Below, in pieces: positions 47,570 to 59,196 of a stretch of 64,000 bases of DNA. Where the stretch lies: the NCBI RefSeq assembly GCF_964188315.1, contig NC_135667.1, positions 26,040,001 through 26,104,000 of the forward strand. The letters are read 5' to 3'. The notes under the pieces were generated by a model, which was not told where the DNA came from, made no database searches, and saw only the letters and a list, made by a program, of their open reading frames with translations. Within the stretch, counting starts at the first letter, position 1. The number at the start of each line of letters is the position of its first letter. This DNA comes from Podarcis muralis (Eukaryota). Both the position numbers and the translations under genes were made by a program.

Positions 47570-47938
47570 TGCTTTTGAATTATGGTGCTGGAGGAGACTT
47601 TTGAGATTCTCATGGACCTCAAGATCAAACCTATCCATTCTGAAGGAATTCAGCCCTGAGTGCTCACCGGAAGGACAGATCCTGAAGCTGAGGCTACAGT
47701 ACTTTGGCCACCTCATGTGAAGAGAAGACTCCATGGAAAAGACCCTGATGTTGAGAAAGATTGAGGGCATAAGGAGAAGGGGACAACAGAGGACGAGATG
47801 GTTGGACAGTGTACTCGAAGCTACGAACATGAGTTTGACCAAGCTGCGGGAGGCAGTGGAAGACAGGAGTGCCTGGCGTGCTCTGGTCCATGGGGTCACA
47901 AAGAGTTGGACACAACTAAATGACTAAACAGCAACAAC
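47570..47938 (+). mobile_element. 5'-truncated BovB
   Basis: AFELWCWRRLL and EKTLML..IEG.RRRG.QRTRWLD remnants, CAA tail. TSD AATTCTATGAC 47559-47569 / AATTCTAAGAC 47939-47949. Confidence 0.88.
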
Positions 47939-48100
47939 AATTCTAAGACCTTGGGGGCAGAGGTATGCACTGGGGGATAGGAAAAATCAGCAGAGGAGAG
48001 GGGAAGGTAGATACTTAATGTTGGTCACTGGTGCTGAGCCCCCATCCCATAAAGACTTAAGTAGCCTGTGCTCTCATCTTGTAGTGCTGTTAATGTTTTC

Positions 48101-48257
48101 TCTGGGAGGTTGTGGTTTCTCCTTCACTGGAGATTTTTTAGCAGAGGTTGGATGGCCATCTGTCATAAATGCTTTAGTTTAGATTTCTGTATTGCAGGGG
48201 GTAGGACTACATACCCCTCGGGGTCCCTTCCAACCCTATCATTCTGTGATTCTATGA
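48101..48257 (+). mobile_element. CR1 LINE 3' end fragment
   Basis: TCTCCTTCACTGGAGATTTT...GGTCCCTTCCAACCCTATCATTCTGTGATTCTATGA, the typical CR1 3' terminus. Confidence 0.8.
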
Positions 48258-49162
48258 CAGGCGCAACCTCTAGTGCAGTATTGAGGGATGATGTCAGCAG
48301 TCAAACAGCAGAAGGTATGATGCAATAGTTATGGTGCCTGATCTAACATGTTGATGAGCTTGTCCTCTGATTTGTAAAATTAAATTTCATTTTAAAAAAA
48401 ATTCTTGCCAATAGAAAACTCCTACCTGGGTTCAGACAATAACTGGAATTATGTTACAAATGAAACCCCATAAGTGATGAAAAACAGGCGCTGTGATTAG
48501 TTCCACACTATTATTTACTGGATCAGCTCCCCACACCCATGCATAAACATTCTTACAATTATGTCATTCAATGCAATTTATTACATAGATTATTTCATTC
48601 TTCTTATTATGTTTTTTCTTATCAGGTTTTTTTTTTTTAATTCTATACCATGGACTCACTGAAAAGATGTATGTAAATACAGGAAAACATAAAATACTTT
48701 AAAAATAGAACATAAGCGTAAGGCTGACTGGGACATTAAACAAAGAGATTAAACAATTTTGTGTGATTTTCAATAAAAAAATATCATTGACCAATTTCTT
48801 TGGAGGGGATGATTGAAAACACTTTGAAACATTTATTTCAGCGTTGTTGTTTTTTTAAAAATAGTTACTAACAAATTTAGATTAGAACAGGCCTAATAAT
48901 GCCACGATCACTTCATATTGAGAATGAAAGACCATTTAAGGATGTGTGTTATAATAAAATATGAATTTAAATGTGTTTTAATTGTCATCTATATTTTTTA
49001 TGCCAATTTCTTTTTCTTCAGGGGCGGGGGGGGACACCCTAAAACTGTCATGCAATGGAAACAGACAAATCAGCACATCCAATTCAGCGACGGAACTTTA
49101 TATCACCCACCAAAAAACAGATGCTAGAGAAAATCACATTGTTGCTTCTTTTTCACATTAAT

Positions 49163-50113
49163 TCATTTCATGAGAATTGCTTTGCACGATACAAGTTTAC
49201 CAATTTTATTTCTCAGGGCATCTTTGACCTCCTTATTTCTCAGGCTGTATATGAATGGGTTGGCAAGAGGCGGCAAAACTGTGTACAAGAGAGAGGAAAG
49301 TTTTTGCATCTCCTTGTTGGCTTCACCCTTTGGTAACATGTACACAATCATTAGCGAACTATAAAAAATTGAAACTACAATCAAGTGAGAGGAACAGGTG
49401 GAAAAGGCCTTTTGTTTCCCAGTGGTGGATGGTATTCTTAAGATAGCAGCAATAATATATGAATAGGATGTTAAAGTTAGAACAAAAGGAGGAACTGTGA
49501 ATATGGCAGCCACAGCGAAACCCATATTTTCCACCAAGCTGGTGTTGCTACAAGAAAGTTTAAGAAGAGGGAAGTAGTCACAAAAGTAATGATCCATTTC
49601 CCTGGGGCCAGAAAATGATAATTGTAGCACCAGAATGAATAATATAGAAAACCCTATAAAGCCATTGAGCCAAGATGCAGCGACTAAATTGATACAAGTA
49701 TTGGTTTTCATAGTAGTTGCATAATGCAATGGTTTGCAGATTGCTAGATACCTGTCATAAGACATCACACAGAGTAAACAACATTCTGTAGCTTCCAAGG
49801 AACCAAAGAGATACCACTGTGTGAAGCAGCTGTTGAAGGAAATTGTTCTGTCTCTAGTCAGGAGAGCTGAAAGCATTCTTGGAAATATATTGGAGCTGTA
49901 GCAAGCCTCCAAGAAGGAAAGATTCCCAAGAAAGAAATACATGGGAGTATGTAGATGGTGATCAGTGACAACAAGGACAACAATCAAAGTGTTCCCAGTT
50001 ATGGTCACCATGTAAATGACTAGAAATGTCAGGAAAAGAAGTGTCTGCAATTCATAGAATTCCCCAAATCCGAGGAGGATAAATTCTGTAATTGTTGTCT
50101 GGTTTCTCAACAT
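49163..50113 (-). CDS. Olfactory receptor D, 316 aa, intact (close paralog of C)
   Basis: All OR motifs present. Confidence 0.95.
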   Translation of the reverse strand: MLRNQTTITEFILLGFGEFYELQTLLFLTFLVIYMVTITGNTLIVVLVVTDHHLHTPMYFFLGNLSFLEACYSSNIFPRMLSALLTRDRTISFNSCFTQWYLFGSLEATECCLLCVMSYDRYLAICKPLHYATTMKTNTCINLVAASWLNGFIGFSILFILVLQLSFSGPREMDHYFCDYFPLLKLSCSNTSLVENMGFAVAAIFTVPPFVLTLTSYSYIIAAILRIPSTTGKQKAFSTCSSHLIVVSIFYSSLMIVYMLPKGEANKEMQKLSSLLYTVLPPLANPFIYSLRNKEVKDALRNKIGKLVSCKAILMK

Positions 50114-50388
50114 TGAGCAGAATGAAATCCTGTTGAAAAGAGAAATGGATAAGTATCTATACAGAGACAGGGAGGTAATTTATATTCTGCTTCATGTTTC
50201 ACCAGAAATCTCCAAGTGGTTTACAAATATCAACAGAAATGAATCAATTTTAGAAATAAAATAGCAAATGCGCATGGAAAATCAAAGTCTACTTCTCATT
50301 TTAAAGCACAAAAATTATATTTCTAAAATGCAAGTAAAACACATAATAATCGGGGGGGGCGGGACAAATCCCTTGCAAAGAATCAAAA

Positions 50389-50510
50389 GTGGATAGTTCA
50401 GTTGGTTAGAGTGTGGTGCTGATATGGCCAAGGTTTCAGGGAGAGCTGCATATTCCTGCATTGCAGGAGTTTGGACTAACTGATCCTCAAGGTCTTTTCC
50501 TACTCTACAA
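50389..50510 (+). mobile_element. Squam3-like SINE (duplicate of 44268-44413, B-box deleted)
   Basis: Colinear with the C-cassette copy. Confidence 0.7.
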
Positions 50511-51563
50511 TTTATTTATTTTTTATTATTATTCCATGGTTGTGATCAGAGATCACAAATAGACCTCCTATATTCACAGACCTCAACAGGAGTTTTCCTC
50601 CCAGGTGTAATGGTTTTGCATTTGCTGAAGTGGACTCTAGTCCATGCCAGATTCTTCCATAATAATTAGTTGGCCCTTAACATTTTGCAGAAATGTTTTT
50701 TATGATTGTTGCCGTGACAGAGTGACATAGCTACAGCTCAGGAAGATTATTTTGTGGGGCATGTTTATTTCATAGGCTAGTCCATTATTTCTATTCATTG
50801 CTCTGAAGGAACTTATAGGAACTTGGCTGTCTTATGACATAAGTTGCCTGGGCAACTCAGAGGAAGTAAAAAATACTTCAGAATTTTATGGACAAAGACA
50901 CACAAAGATTTCAGTGAACGCAAAGTTCTCTGCTAGGCACTGAACATATTACTACTATGGTGCCAGGTGAGCCTCTCTAGAAAGACTGTTCCAAAGCTGA
51001 TAGATCACCCTTGAAAAGGTCCCACTCTCTGATGGTTACTCACCTCTCTTTAATTTATGTTCTCACAATGGTTTCATTCTGTTGCTGTTTTTTCCATGCT
51101 AATATACACTGTCATGACAAACAACCAGTTCCCAGATCCTTCTCTTCATCTCATCACACTCAATGCTAGTGTAAATCTCAGTTCTATGGCATGAATGCTA
51201 TGCCAATAATACAAAGTGGGGATATGTGTACTCTAGGATGTTGGTTTTATTAAGAGAAATACAGAAGTGACGGCTCAATCATCAGGGACATAATATACTG
51301 CAAAAACAAGCAATGCGGCAATGTATTGGCTGGGGAGTGAGGGAATTCAGTGCAGCAAATTAAAGGACAGAACACTGTGTACCCCTCTGAGCCCAAAAAG
51401 CATATGACAACCCTCTGGTCCTTTTGAGAGTCTGTACCTATCTTTTTCTACTGCAACTTCAGGGAATCAGTTGGTCAACTTGATTAGATTTTCACCTTTA
51501 TCGCTGGGAGTGCATGCCTACCTTGAAAAATAACTTATTTGGAGTTCAACACTCCTAGGTAGC

Positions 51564-51656
51564 AGGTAAAAGGTAAAGGGACCCCCTGACCATTAGGTCC
51601 AGTTGTGACCGACTCTGGGGTTGCGGCACTCATCTCGCTTTATTGGCCGAGGGAGC
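51564..51656 (-). mobile_element. Sauria-type SINE 3' fragment
   Basis: Reverse complement of the 9230-9320 sequence. Confidence 0.8.
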
Positions 51657-51683
51657 TGCTAGTCATAATGGCTTTATCTTATT

Positions 51684-51962
51684 GACCTGTGTTATATGGT
51701 CTCGGCGGCCACTCCCAGTCACCAGTCTAGCTGCCGCATTCTAGATTAGCTGTAGTTTCCGGGCCCCTTCAAAGGTAGCCCCACGTAGAGCGCATTGCAG
51801 TAGTCCAAGCGGGAGATAACTAGAGCATGCACCACTCTGGCAAGACAGTCCGCGGGCAGGTAGGGTCTTAGCCTGTGTACCAGGTGGAGCTGGTAGACAG
51901 CTGCCCTGGACACAGAATTAACCTGTGCCTCCATGGACAGCTGTGAGTCCAAAATGACTCCC
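51684..51962 (-). mobile_element. L2-clade LINE internal fragment
   Basis: DSQLSMEAQVNSVSRAAVYQLHLV...ISRLDYCNALYVGLP, matching the 59.2-60.5 kb copy. Confidence 0.85.
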
Positions 51963-52094
51963 TGAATGGTTGTACTGCACCAGTCAAAGCAGGAGTTTCT
52001 GGATGTATGGGATCTTATGATGTAATAATGAAAACAATATAAACAAATTTAAGACTAGCTGCGAGGGGATGTTAAAGATAAGTATCAATATAGT

Positions 52095-52238
52095 CAGTGC
52101 TTGGGGGGGGCAACGCAGAGGTATGTATACCCCTACACATTTTGTGAATCTAAGTTTGGCCTCATTGAAGGGCAGTGTTTCAATATGAGTAGGAAAATGA
52201 GAGTACCCCTAAACATTTTTTATTTAAAAAAAGCACTG
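52095..52238. mobile_element. hAT-superfamily MITE
   Basis: TIR CAGTGCTT/AAGCACTG with a perfect 8-bp TSD AATATAGT (52087-52094, 52239-52246). Confidence 0.88.
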
Positions 52239-52512
52239 AATATAGTTGTATAAAGAAGAGTATACTTTCTTTTTTATAATTAATTTTTATTGAAAGTTTT
52301 CAACACAGAATACAATAAAAGCCACACTAGCCTAAATAAAAATAAATCTAAATAAAAATAAATCTTAATCCTTATTCTACACAAAGGAGGGTAAGCCCTC
52401 TCAGCTCTCACTTGGGAGTTTCTCCCTCTTCCCCCCACCCTGGGAAATACGCCCTACCCTGCCCCTCACATAGGGCCAAAAAGGCTATGTTTCCTATTGA
52501 TTGGGCTTTATC

Positions 52513-53656
52513 TGTAAGCGTGTAAAGGAGCAGAACAATAGATTGTAATATTCATTTTATGTATATGTATTAGAGCTAATGAGGCATCTGATCAAGATCT
52601 GTATTATGAGGCATCTGATCAAGATCTGTATTTTAAATTGAGCTTAAAAAATATATTTGCAGATGCTTGTTTCATGCCAGGCATAAAGCAGCTGGCTGGG
52701 TGGTTTGGCAGTTGTTTGTCTTCCTGCTCAGGGCCCCCACTGATCTATAGCAGTACGTCAGGGTTGTAAAAGGAAATTACAGGCTGGGAGCAAAAGTTCA
52801 TATTGACCATACAAATTACAGAATACAACCAAGCTGCAAAAACACTAATTAAGAGTTGGTAAATAGTAAGAATTATTGTGCCTCCCATTAGACTTGAGCC
52901 ACATCTTCCTAAGGTTAAAGGGCAAGAGCTAATAGGAACAGCAGCTGGCTGGGAAAACCGAAGAGGCTTCTCTCTGAAGTTGCTTTTAGAAAGTGCTTTT
53001 ACTAAGTTCCTTTTTACTTTGAAAAGGCCTTTCCTTTCCTTCTAAAAAGCTATATATGTTAATGTATGAAATATATTGGCTTAAATGTAAGTATGCAAAG
53101 GATTTAGAAAGTAAGAAATGTTAGATTCTTATGTTAGATTCTTATTCATTGATGGTGTGTGAGAAGGTGAACCCAAGATCTCTGTTTAAAATGAAATTAA
53201 AAACCATGCACCATCTGTTTTAGCCATCTGTTTTGCAGTGAATAGGGCAATAGGGCAAAAGGTGAAATGGTAATTAAAGTGCCTTGTCAGGCAAATGTAA
53301 GATATATGGCTACTTGTCTGCCATTTATGGATAGAAGGAAATATAGCTCTTTGTCTCCCATAAAAGGTAATAGGAAATGGGTGTATCTTTTATGATTGGT
53401 TCTAGCAAACAGCCAATAGGAATTTCAACCAGGCTGATTGGACAGAGGCAGCCAAAGGAGGAGCAAGGGGGCTGGGCTGAGGAAATATAAGTGCTGGCCA
53501 TCAGGGCTGGAGGGGGGCAGAGCTTTGGCAACCATATACCACTGTGTCTCTCATTTATTTGTCTGACAAATAAATTATTATTTTAATTTCTCTATTTCTG
53601 CGTTGAATATTTCATTCCAGCTAAGCGTTAACCACAAGCAGGGTGCTACACTAACA
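52513..53656 (+). mobile_element. Probable solo LTR (retroviral/gypsy-like)
   Basis: TGTAAG...CTAACA ends; CCAAT (53414), ATTGG, ATATAA (53486) and AATAAA (53568) in LTR order; internal 27-bp and 13-bp tandem duplications. No direct TSD found. Confidence 0.45.
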
Positions 53657-54153
53657 GATAAAAAATAATTAACCCTAGCACAAGAAGAAAACTATTCAGT
53701 ATTTTGAAACATCAGCAAAGTTTAGGGGTGAATCTGAATTGTGTTTGGTCCACAACGTAAGCAAAAAAATCACAATTTCCAGAGTAACACAGTGATTAGA
53801 ATGTAGTTGGATATTACCCTTCTCCAAACGTTTCAGTGCATGTCTTGGATTGAAAACCATACCAAAATGTGTAAAAATGTGTATATTAGAATAGAGTGTG
53901 TCTAGAAATATGTGAGATAAAAGATTAATTTAAATATCTACCTAGTTGAGCATTTAATATGAATTTTCATACCTTTATTTTACAGATCAATGGAAACAAG
54001 TTGGAATGGGTTTATGAATGTATACATTTGAAACTGACTTGAAGTGGAAATAGATGAATCAGCTGATCCCTATCAGAGTCTGAAATCTGTGTCATCCACC
54101 ATAAGGAAAGTTCTGGGAGCAGCATGGAGACAACACATAGCATGTTGCTTCTA

Positions 54154-55119
54154 TCACATATGACCACACTTCATGTGCCTTCCTTTGTGTGGCACAAACC
54201 TACCAATATTATTTCTCAGGGCATTTTTGACCTCCTTGTTTCTCAGGCTATATATAAAGGGGTTGGCCAAAGGGGGCAAAGCTGTGTACAAGAGAGAAGA
54301 AATCTTTCGCATCTCTCTGTTGACTTCAGCCTTGGGTAACAAATACAAAATCATTAGTGAACCATAAAATATGGATACCACAACCAAGTGAGAGGAGCAT
54401 GTAGAAAAGGCCTTTTGCCTCCCAGTGGAAGAAGGGATTTTCAAGATGGCAACAATTATATATACATAAGAGGTTAAAGTTAAAAGAAAGGGAGGGAGTA
54501 TGAATATGGCACTCACAAGAAAACCCAACATTTCCATCAAACTGGTGTCACTGCAAGAGAGCTTAAGGAGCGGGAAGTAGTCACAAAAGTAATGATTAAT
54601 TTCATTGGGGCCACAGAATGTTAACTGTAGCATCAGAATGAGCAATATCAGGAAGGCTATAAATCCATTGGACCAAGATGCAACTGCTAATTGGATACAA
54701 GTCTGGGTGCTCATCATTGTAAAATAATGAAGTGGCTTGCAGATTGCTAGATACCTGTCATACGACATCACACAAAGTAAACAGCATTCTGTAGCTATTA
54801 GGGATCCACAGAGATACCATTGCATTAAACAGCCGGTGAAAGAAATCCTCCTATCTCCAGTCAAGAGAGCTCGTAGCATCCTCGGAAATAAATTGGAGCA
54901 ATAGCATGTCTCCAGGAAGGAGAGATTTCCCAGAAAGAAATACATTGGGGTATGAAGATGCTGATCAAAAACAACCAGGACAACAATGAGAATGTTTCCA
55001 GCCATCATCACAACATAAATAACTAGAAATGCCAGGAAGAGAAATGTCTGCACTTCGTAGAATTCCCCAAATCCCAGGAGGATGAATTCTGTAATCTCTG
55101 TCTGGTTTTCAAACTTCAT
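54154..55119 (-). CDS. Olfactory receptor E, class II (OR6/OR11-like), 321 aa, intact
   Basis: NQT, LHTPMYFFLGNLSFLE, MSYDRYLAICKPLHY, KAFSTCSSHL, PFIYSLRNKEV. Confidence 0.95.
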   Translation of the reverse strand: MKFENQTEITEFILLGFGEFYEVQTFLFLAFLVIYVVMMAGNILIVVLVVFDQHLHTPMYFFLGNLSFLETCYCSNLFPRMLRALLTGDRRISFTGCLMQWYLCGSLIATECCLLCVMSYDRYLAICKPLHYFTMMSTQTCIQLAVASWSNGFIAFLILLILMLQLTFCGPNEINHYFCDYFPLLKLSCSDTSLMEMLGFLVSAIFILPPFLLTLTSYVYIIVAILKIPSSTGRQKAFSTCSSHLVVVSIFYGSLMILYLLPKAEVNREMRKISSLLYTALPPLANPFIYSLRNKEVKNALRNNIGRFVPHKGRHMKCGHM

Positions 55120-55750
55120 CTAATAGGAAAAAAGTCAAATCCTACTGAAAAGAGCAATTTTTATTAATGAAATAATGGATGAGTGCCATGCTAACATTAA
55201 TGCAATATGTTTGAGAGCTGATGTTGTCATACAAGCACTGCCATTGACTATAATAACAATTTTGGGATTCTGCAACATTTTTCAAAAGTGCAAGACATCC
55301 ACTGAATTTGACTGTTGTGCTTTGCCAGCAAAACAGCTTTTCCCCACAACTGGGTATCACTCATTTTCATAGGCACACTGAAACATTATATTAACAGGTA
55401 GTGAGAAGCTGATGTAAGGATCAATGGAGAAAACATTGGTTGAAGGCACTTGACCAAATCTGTTTTCATATTCACCTTACCATGATCATGATGCATGCTC
55501 AGAATCCCATGGTAGGTAGGGATGGAGGAAGGAAGAATCACCCTGAACACTGTTGCTTCTTAAGCTTAGGTTTTGGTCTGTTGTAGCAATGCACTGGGAA
55601 ATTCACAGTTCATATGTGAATATGAGGAATTATATTAAAAATAAATGTTTTTCAAAAAATTGGAAACTAGTGAAGTACTTTTCTGTAACATAATGTCCTG
55701 TGGTATTGATGTCCTGTGGTATTGTAGATTTATTTATTTTTTTGAAATCC

Positions 55751-55784
<34 letters not shown>

Positions 55785-56437
55785 TTATTATTTATACCCT
55801 GCCCATCTGGCTGGGTTTCCCCAACCACTCTGGGCGGCTTCCAACAAAACACTAAAATACAATAACCTATTAAACATTAAAACCTTCCCTAAACAGGGCT
55901 GCCTTTAGATGTCTTCTAAAAGTTATTTTTCTCTTTGACATCTGGTGGGAGGGTGTTCCACAGAGTGGGTGCCACTACTGAGAAGGCCCTCTGACTGGTT
56001 CGCTGTAATTTGGCTTCTCACAGCGAGGGAACCACCAGAAGGCCCTCGGTGCTGGACCTCAGTGTCTGGGCAGAACGATGGAGGTGGAGACGCTCCTTCA
56101 GGTATACTGGACCGAGGCCATTTAGGGTTTTAAAGGTCAGCACCAACACTTTGAATTGTGCTTGGAAACGTACTGGGAGCCAGTGTAGGTCTTTCAAGAC
56201 CGGTGTTATATGGTCTTGGCGGCCACTCCCAGTCACCAGTCTAGCTGCCTCATTCTGGATTAGTTGTAGTTTCCGGGTCACCTTCAAAGGTAGCCCCACA
56301 TAGAGCGCATTGCAGTAGTCCAAGCGAGAGATAACCAGAGCATGTACCACTCTGGCGAGACAGTCTGCGGTCAGGTAGGATCTCAGCCTGCGTATCAGAT
56401 GGAGCAGATAAACAGCTGCCCTGGACACAGAATTGAC
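55751..56437 (-). mobile_element. 5'-truncated L2-clade LINE with (TTA)n tail
   Basis: ISRLDYCNALYVGLP...LHWLPVRFQAQFK remnant. 3' end matches 60330-60500. Confidence 0.88.
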
Positions 56438-56488
56438 TTTATTTATATGGATTTCATATCATTAAAAAAAATCCTAGAGCTCTCAGTA

Positions 56489-56717
56489 CAGTGGTACCTC
56501 GTGTTATGGAAGGGATCTATTCCAGAGGCCCATCCGTAACGTGAAATGCCCACAACTTGAAGCACTGCGTCTGCGCAGGCGCGCAGCACAATTTGGCACT
56601 TCTGTGCATGCGTGAGCAGCGAAACCCGGAAGTAACCCGTTCCTGTACTTCCGGGTTGCTGCGGGACATAATGTGAAAAGACACAACATGAAGCGGATGC
56701 AACACAAGGCATGACTG
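56489..56717. mobile_element. Tc1/mariner MITE (related to 35244-35503)
   Basis: CAGTGGTACCTCGTGTT left end, degenerate right TIR ending in ACTG, TA flanks, shared AACCCGGAAGTA core. Confidence 0.65.
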
Positions 56718-58343
56718 TACTACTCTTTTAATCTCCTTGCTGAGTTCAGTTGGAATCAATTATAAACACCATATTAATGGTGAATTAATATTATGAATAG
56801 GAAGAAAACAAAAGGTAAGTTCAATGATACCTTATACAAGTGAGTCACTTTGGGTTGCCCTGGGCAAGATAAAGCAAAATAACAACAACAACAACAACAA
56901 CACAATAATAATGGCAGGACAGCTTTGTCACTTTCTCTAAGAAATTGTTTGAAATATGTGAGCTGAAACACAGCCAAACTTTAATGTGCAGCACACAAAG
57001 CAAAATGTAGATATTAAGGAGAAATATGAATAAATAAAAATGCACATATCAGTGAAAATATCACGCAAAATGCATTATAATTGAGAAAATTGTTTGCAAA
57101 GTTACACATCTCTGTCAGGAATGCAGACAAAAATGCACAAAAGTGCTGATGAATTTTCATGGGGTCTTTTGTTTATTTTTCAAATATTGAAAATCATTCA
57201 AACTGATACAAAAATTTGGAGAACTGTTAAGACTAGAAAAGTGATAACTTTGTATATGCCTAAAAGTAATAAATGTTTACCTTTCTGGTGAGATTTCTCA
57301 GTGCTATTTTACTGATCCATCTGTTCCCTGCTTATTGTGAACAGAAGAAAACATTATAAGGTCCTTTGCTTCTCCTGAAGTCATCTAATAGCATTGCCAC
57401 TTTCACTATCGGGAATTGTGCATGTCTACATATGTAAAGCAGTTTTGTTGCCCTGTGCTGTTCTAGATTACAAGGTGTCTTCAGGTGTTTTTATGTGAAA
57501 GAAATCATAATTTACTCCCTCCACTTCTAATTACCAGAAGAACAAACACTTTTACGGACACAAATTTTAAGTGCGTAAGTGTGTTTAAAAATGCTGTCCT
57601 TAAGAGAATACGATGGCAGAATATGGCGCTCCCAGGATGTTGGTGTTATTAAGGGACAGAGCCATCTGGGAAACAATATCTTTCAACACACTCACAAAAC
57701 CCCAGAGCAATAATAATGTAATGGAAAATGGAAAGTTTCTCAAGCACTGGTTTTTTATTGCCACTAAAACAGATGTGTGGGTATGAGCCTTTGAGAAACC
57801 TACCAGAGCAGGATAAGAATCCTATGTTGAGTAAACAAGCTTGACAGAGGATGCCCTAAGCGATTAGTGGGTAATAGCTTAAGTAAAGCTTCACAAACAT
57901 TACAAGCGGACTTTTCAAGAAAAAGAGCCCAGGTACCTTCTAGCTATTTAAATTGACATTTAATATTCAATAACATCACAAACAACGTACAGGGTAGCTT
58001 AAAGAAACACTGGCATGTTGAACACCACATATCTGGCTGTCAGGATTAGCCAATTAAGCTATTCAAAAGAACCAAGAACATACTGGCAAGAAGTGAATTT
58101 AGAGACCATAGGATGACCTTTCCCAATAGCTTATCAGAAACAGGTGTACCAAAAGGAGAACAATGTCTGTGAACACTGTGCTCATTTGAGGTACAAAATG
58201 TGGGAGGATTTGAAGACCACTCAAACCTACAAAAACACTTCATGGCCTGTGTACTATATTCTATTAAAAGCGACTGCCAACAAAATTATATGGAGAAATG
58301 ATCTAGGGACATTCAAAGAACAAATTAGGGGAACATATTTGTT

Positions 58344-58929
58344 AGTATTTTTCGCTCCATAAGATGCACCTGACCATAAGATGCACCTAGTTTTTAGAGG
58401 AGGAAAACAAGAAAAAAATATTATGAATGAAACAGTGGATGTATGATTTTTGTGGTTCATGCTGTGGCCACAGACATGTGATTTGACGGTGAGTTTGGGG
58501 TAGCCCAATGCAAAAATCCTGAGAATCCATTTGGATCCGTGCTTTGTAACCACATTTTTGCACCATTGCAGCCCCCAATCCCACTTATCGGCTGCTTCCT
58601 TTCAACACTCCCTTCCCTCTTGTTTGCTTTAGTGTCTTTTCCTTAGCTGGAGCAGTTTTTTGCTCCTCCTTTTCTTCTAATTTCTCTCCTCATTGATTTA
58701 TCCCTAGAGTGCCTTATCTCCCTCCCTGATAGCTTGCCAATCAGCTGCTCAGCGGCTTTGTTTCAACACCCACTTCCCTCTTTCAAAAAAAAAAAAAAAA
58801 AAGCATGATCTGCTTTTTGCCCCCAGGCAATTCGGCTCCAGGGACCACACATTCGCTCCATAAGACACACAGACATTTCCCCTTACTTTTTAGGAAGAAA
58901 AAGGTGTGTCTTACGGAGCGAAAAATACG
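58344..58929. mobile_element. Tc1/mariner (Tc2-like) non-autonomous element
   Basis: About 27-bp TIR GTATTTTTCGCTCCATAAGATGCACCT / AGGTGTGTCTTACGGAGCGAAAAATAC. Confidence 0.8.
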
Positions 58930-59196
58930 ATATATGTAAAAAAAAAGCAACAACAAAAACCACGGCCAAACCAGTCAATTTACGAAACAAAATTATTCTG
59001 TAAATGCTTTAAGGTTTGGGGCTCTAGAAAAAGGTGCATAAAAATGATAATGGGGAAAGTGGGGCAGATTGATGCAGAAAAATTCAATCTCATATTTTAT
59101 GTAACAAAAATGAGTCAAATAAAAAAAAATTGCTTTATGCATGGCATAACTAATCAATGTTATAATAGCAATCAAAAGAACCATTAAAGTTAGAAG

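Noticed and set aside
49055-49446. Antisense ORFs overlapping OR 3' ends (also 43049, 54124, 54173, 61553, 61626)
   Set aside because: Short, with inconsistent starts and stops between paralogs. They are explained by conservation of the OR sense frame.
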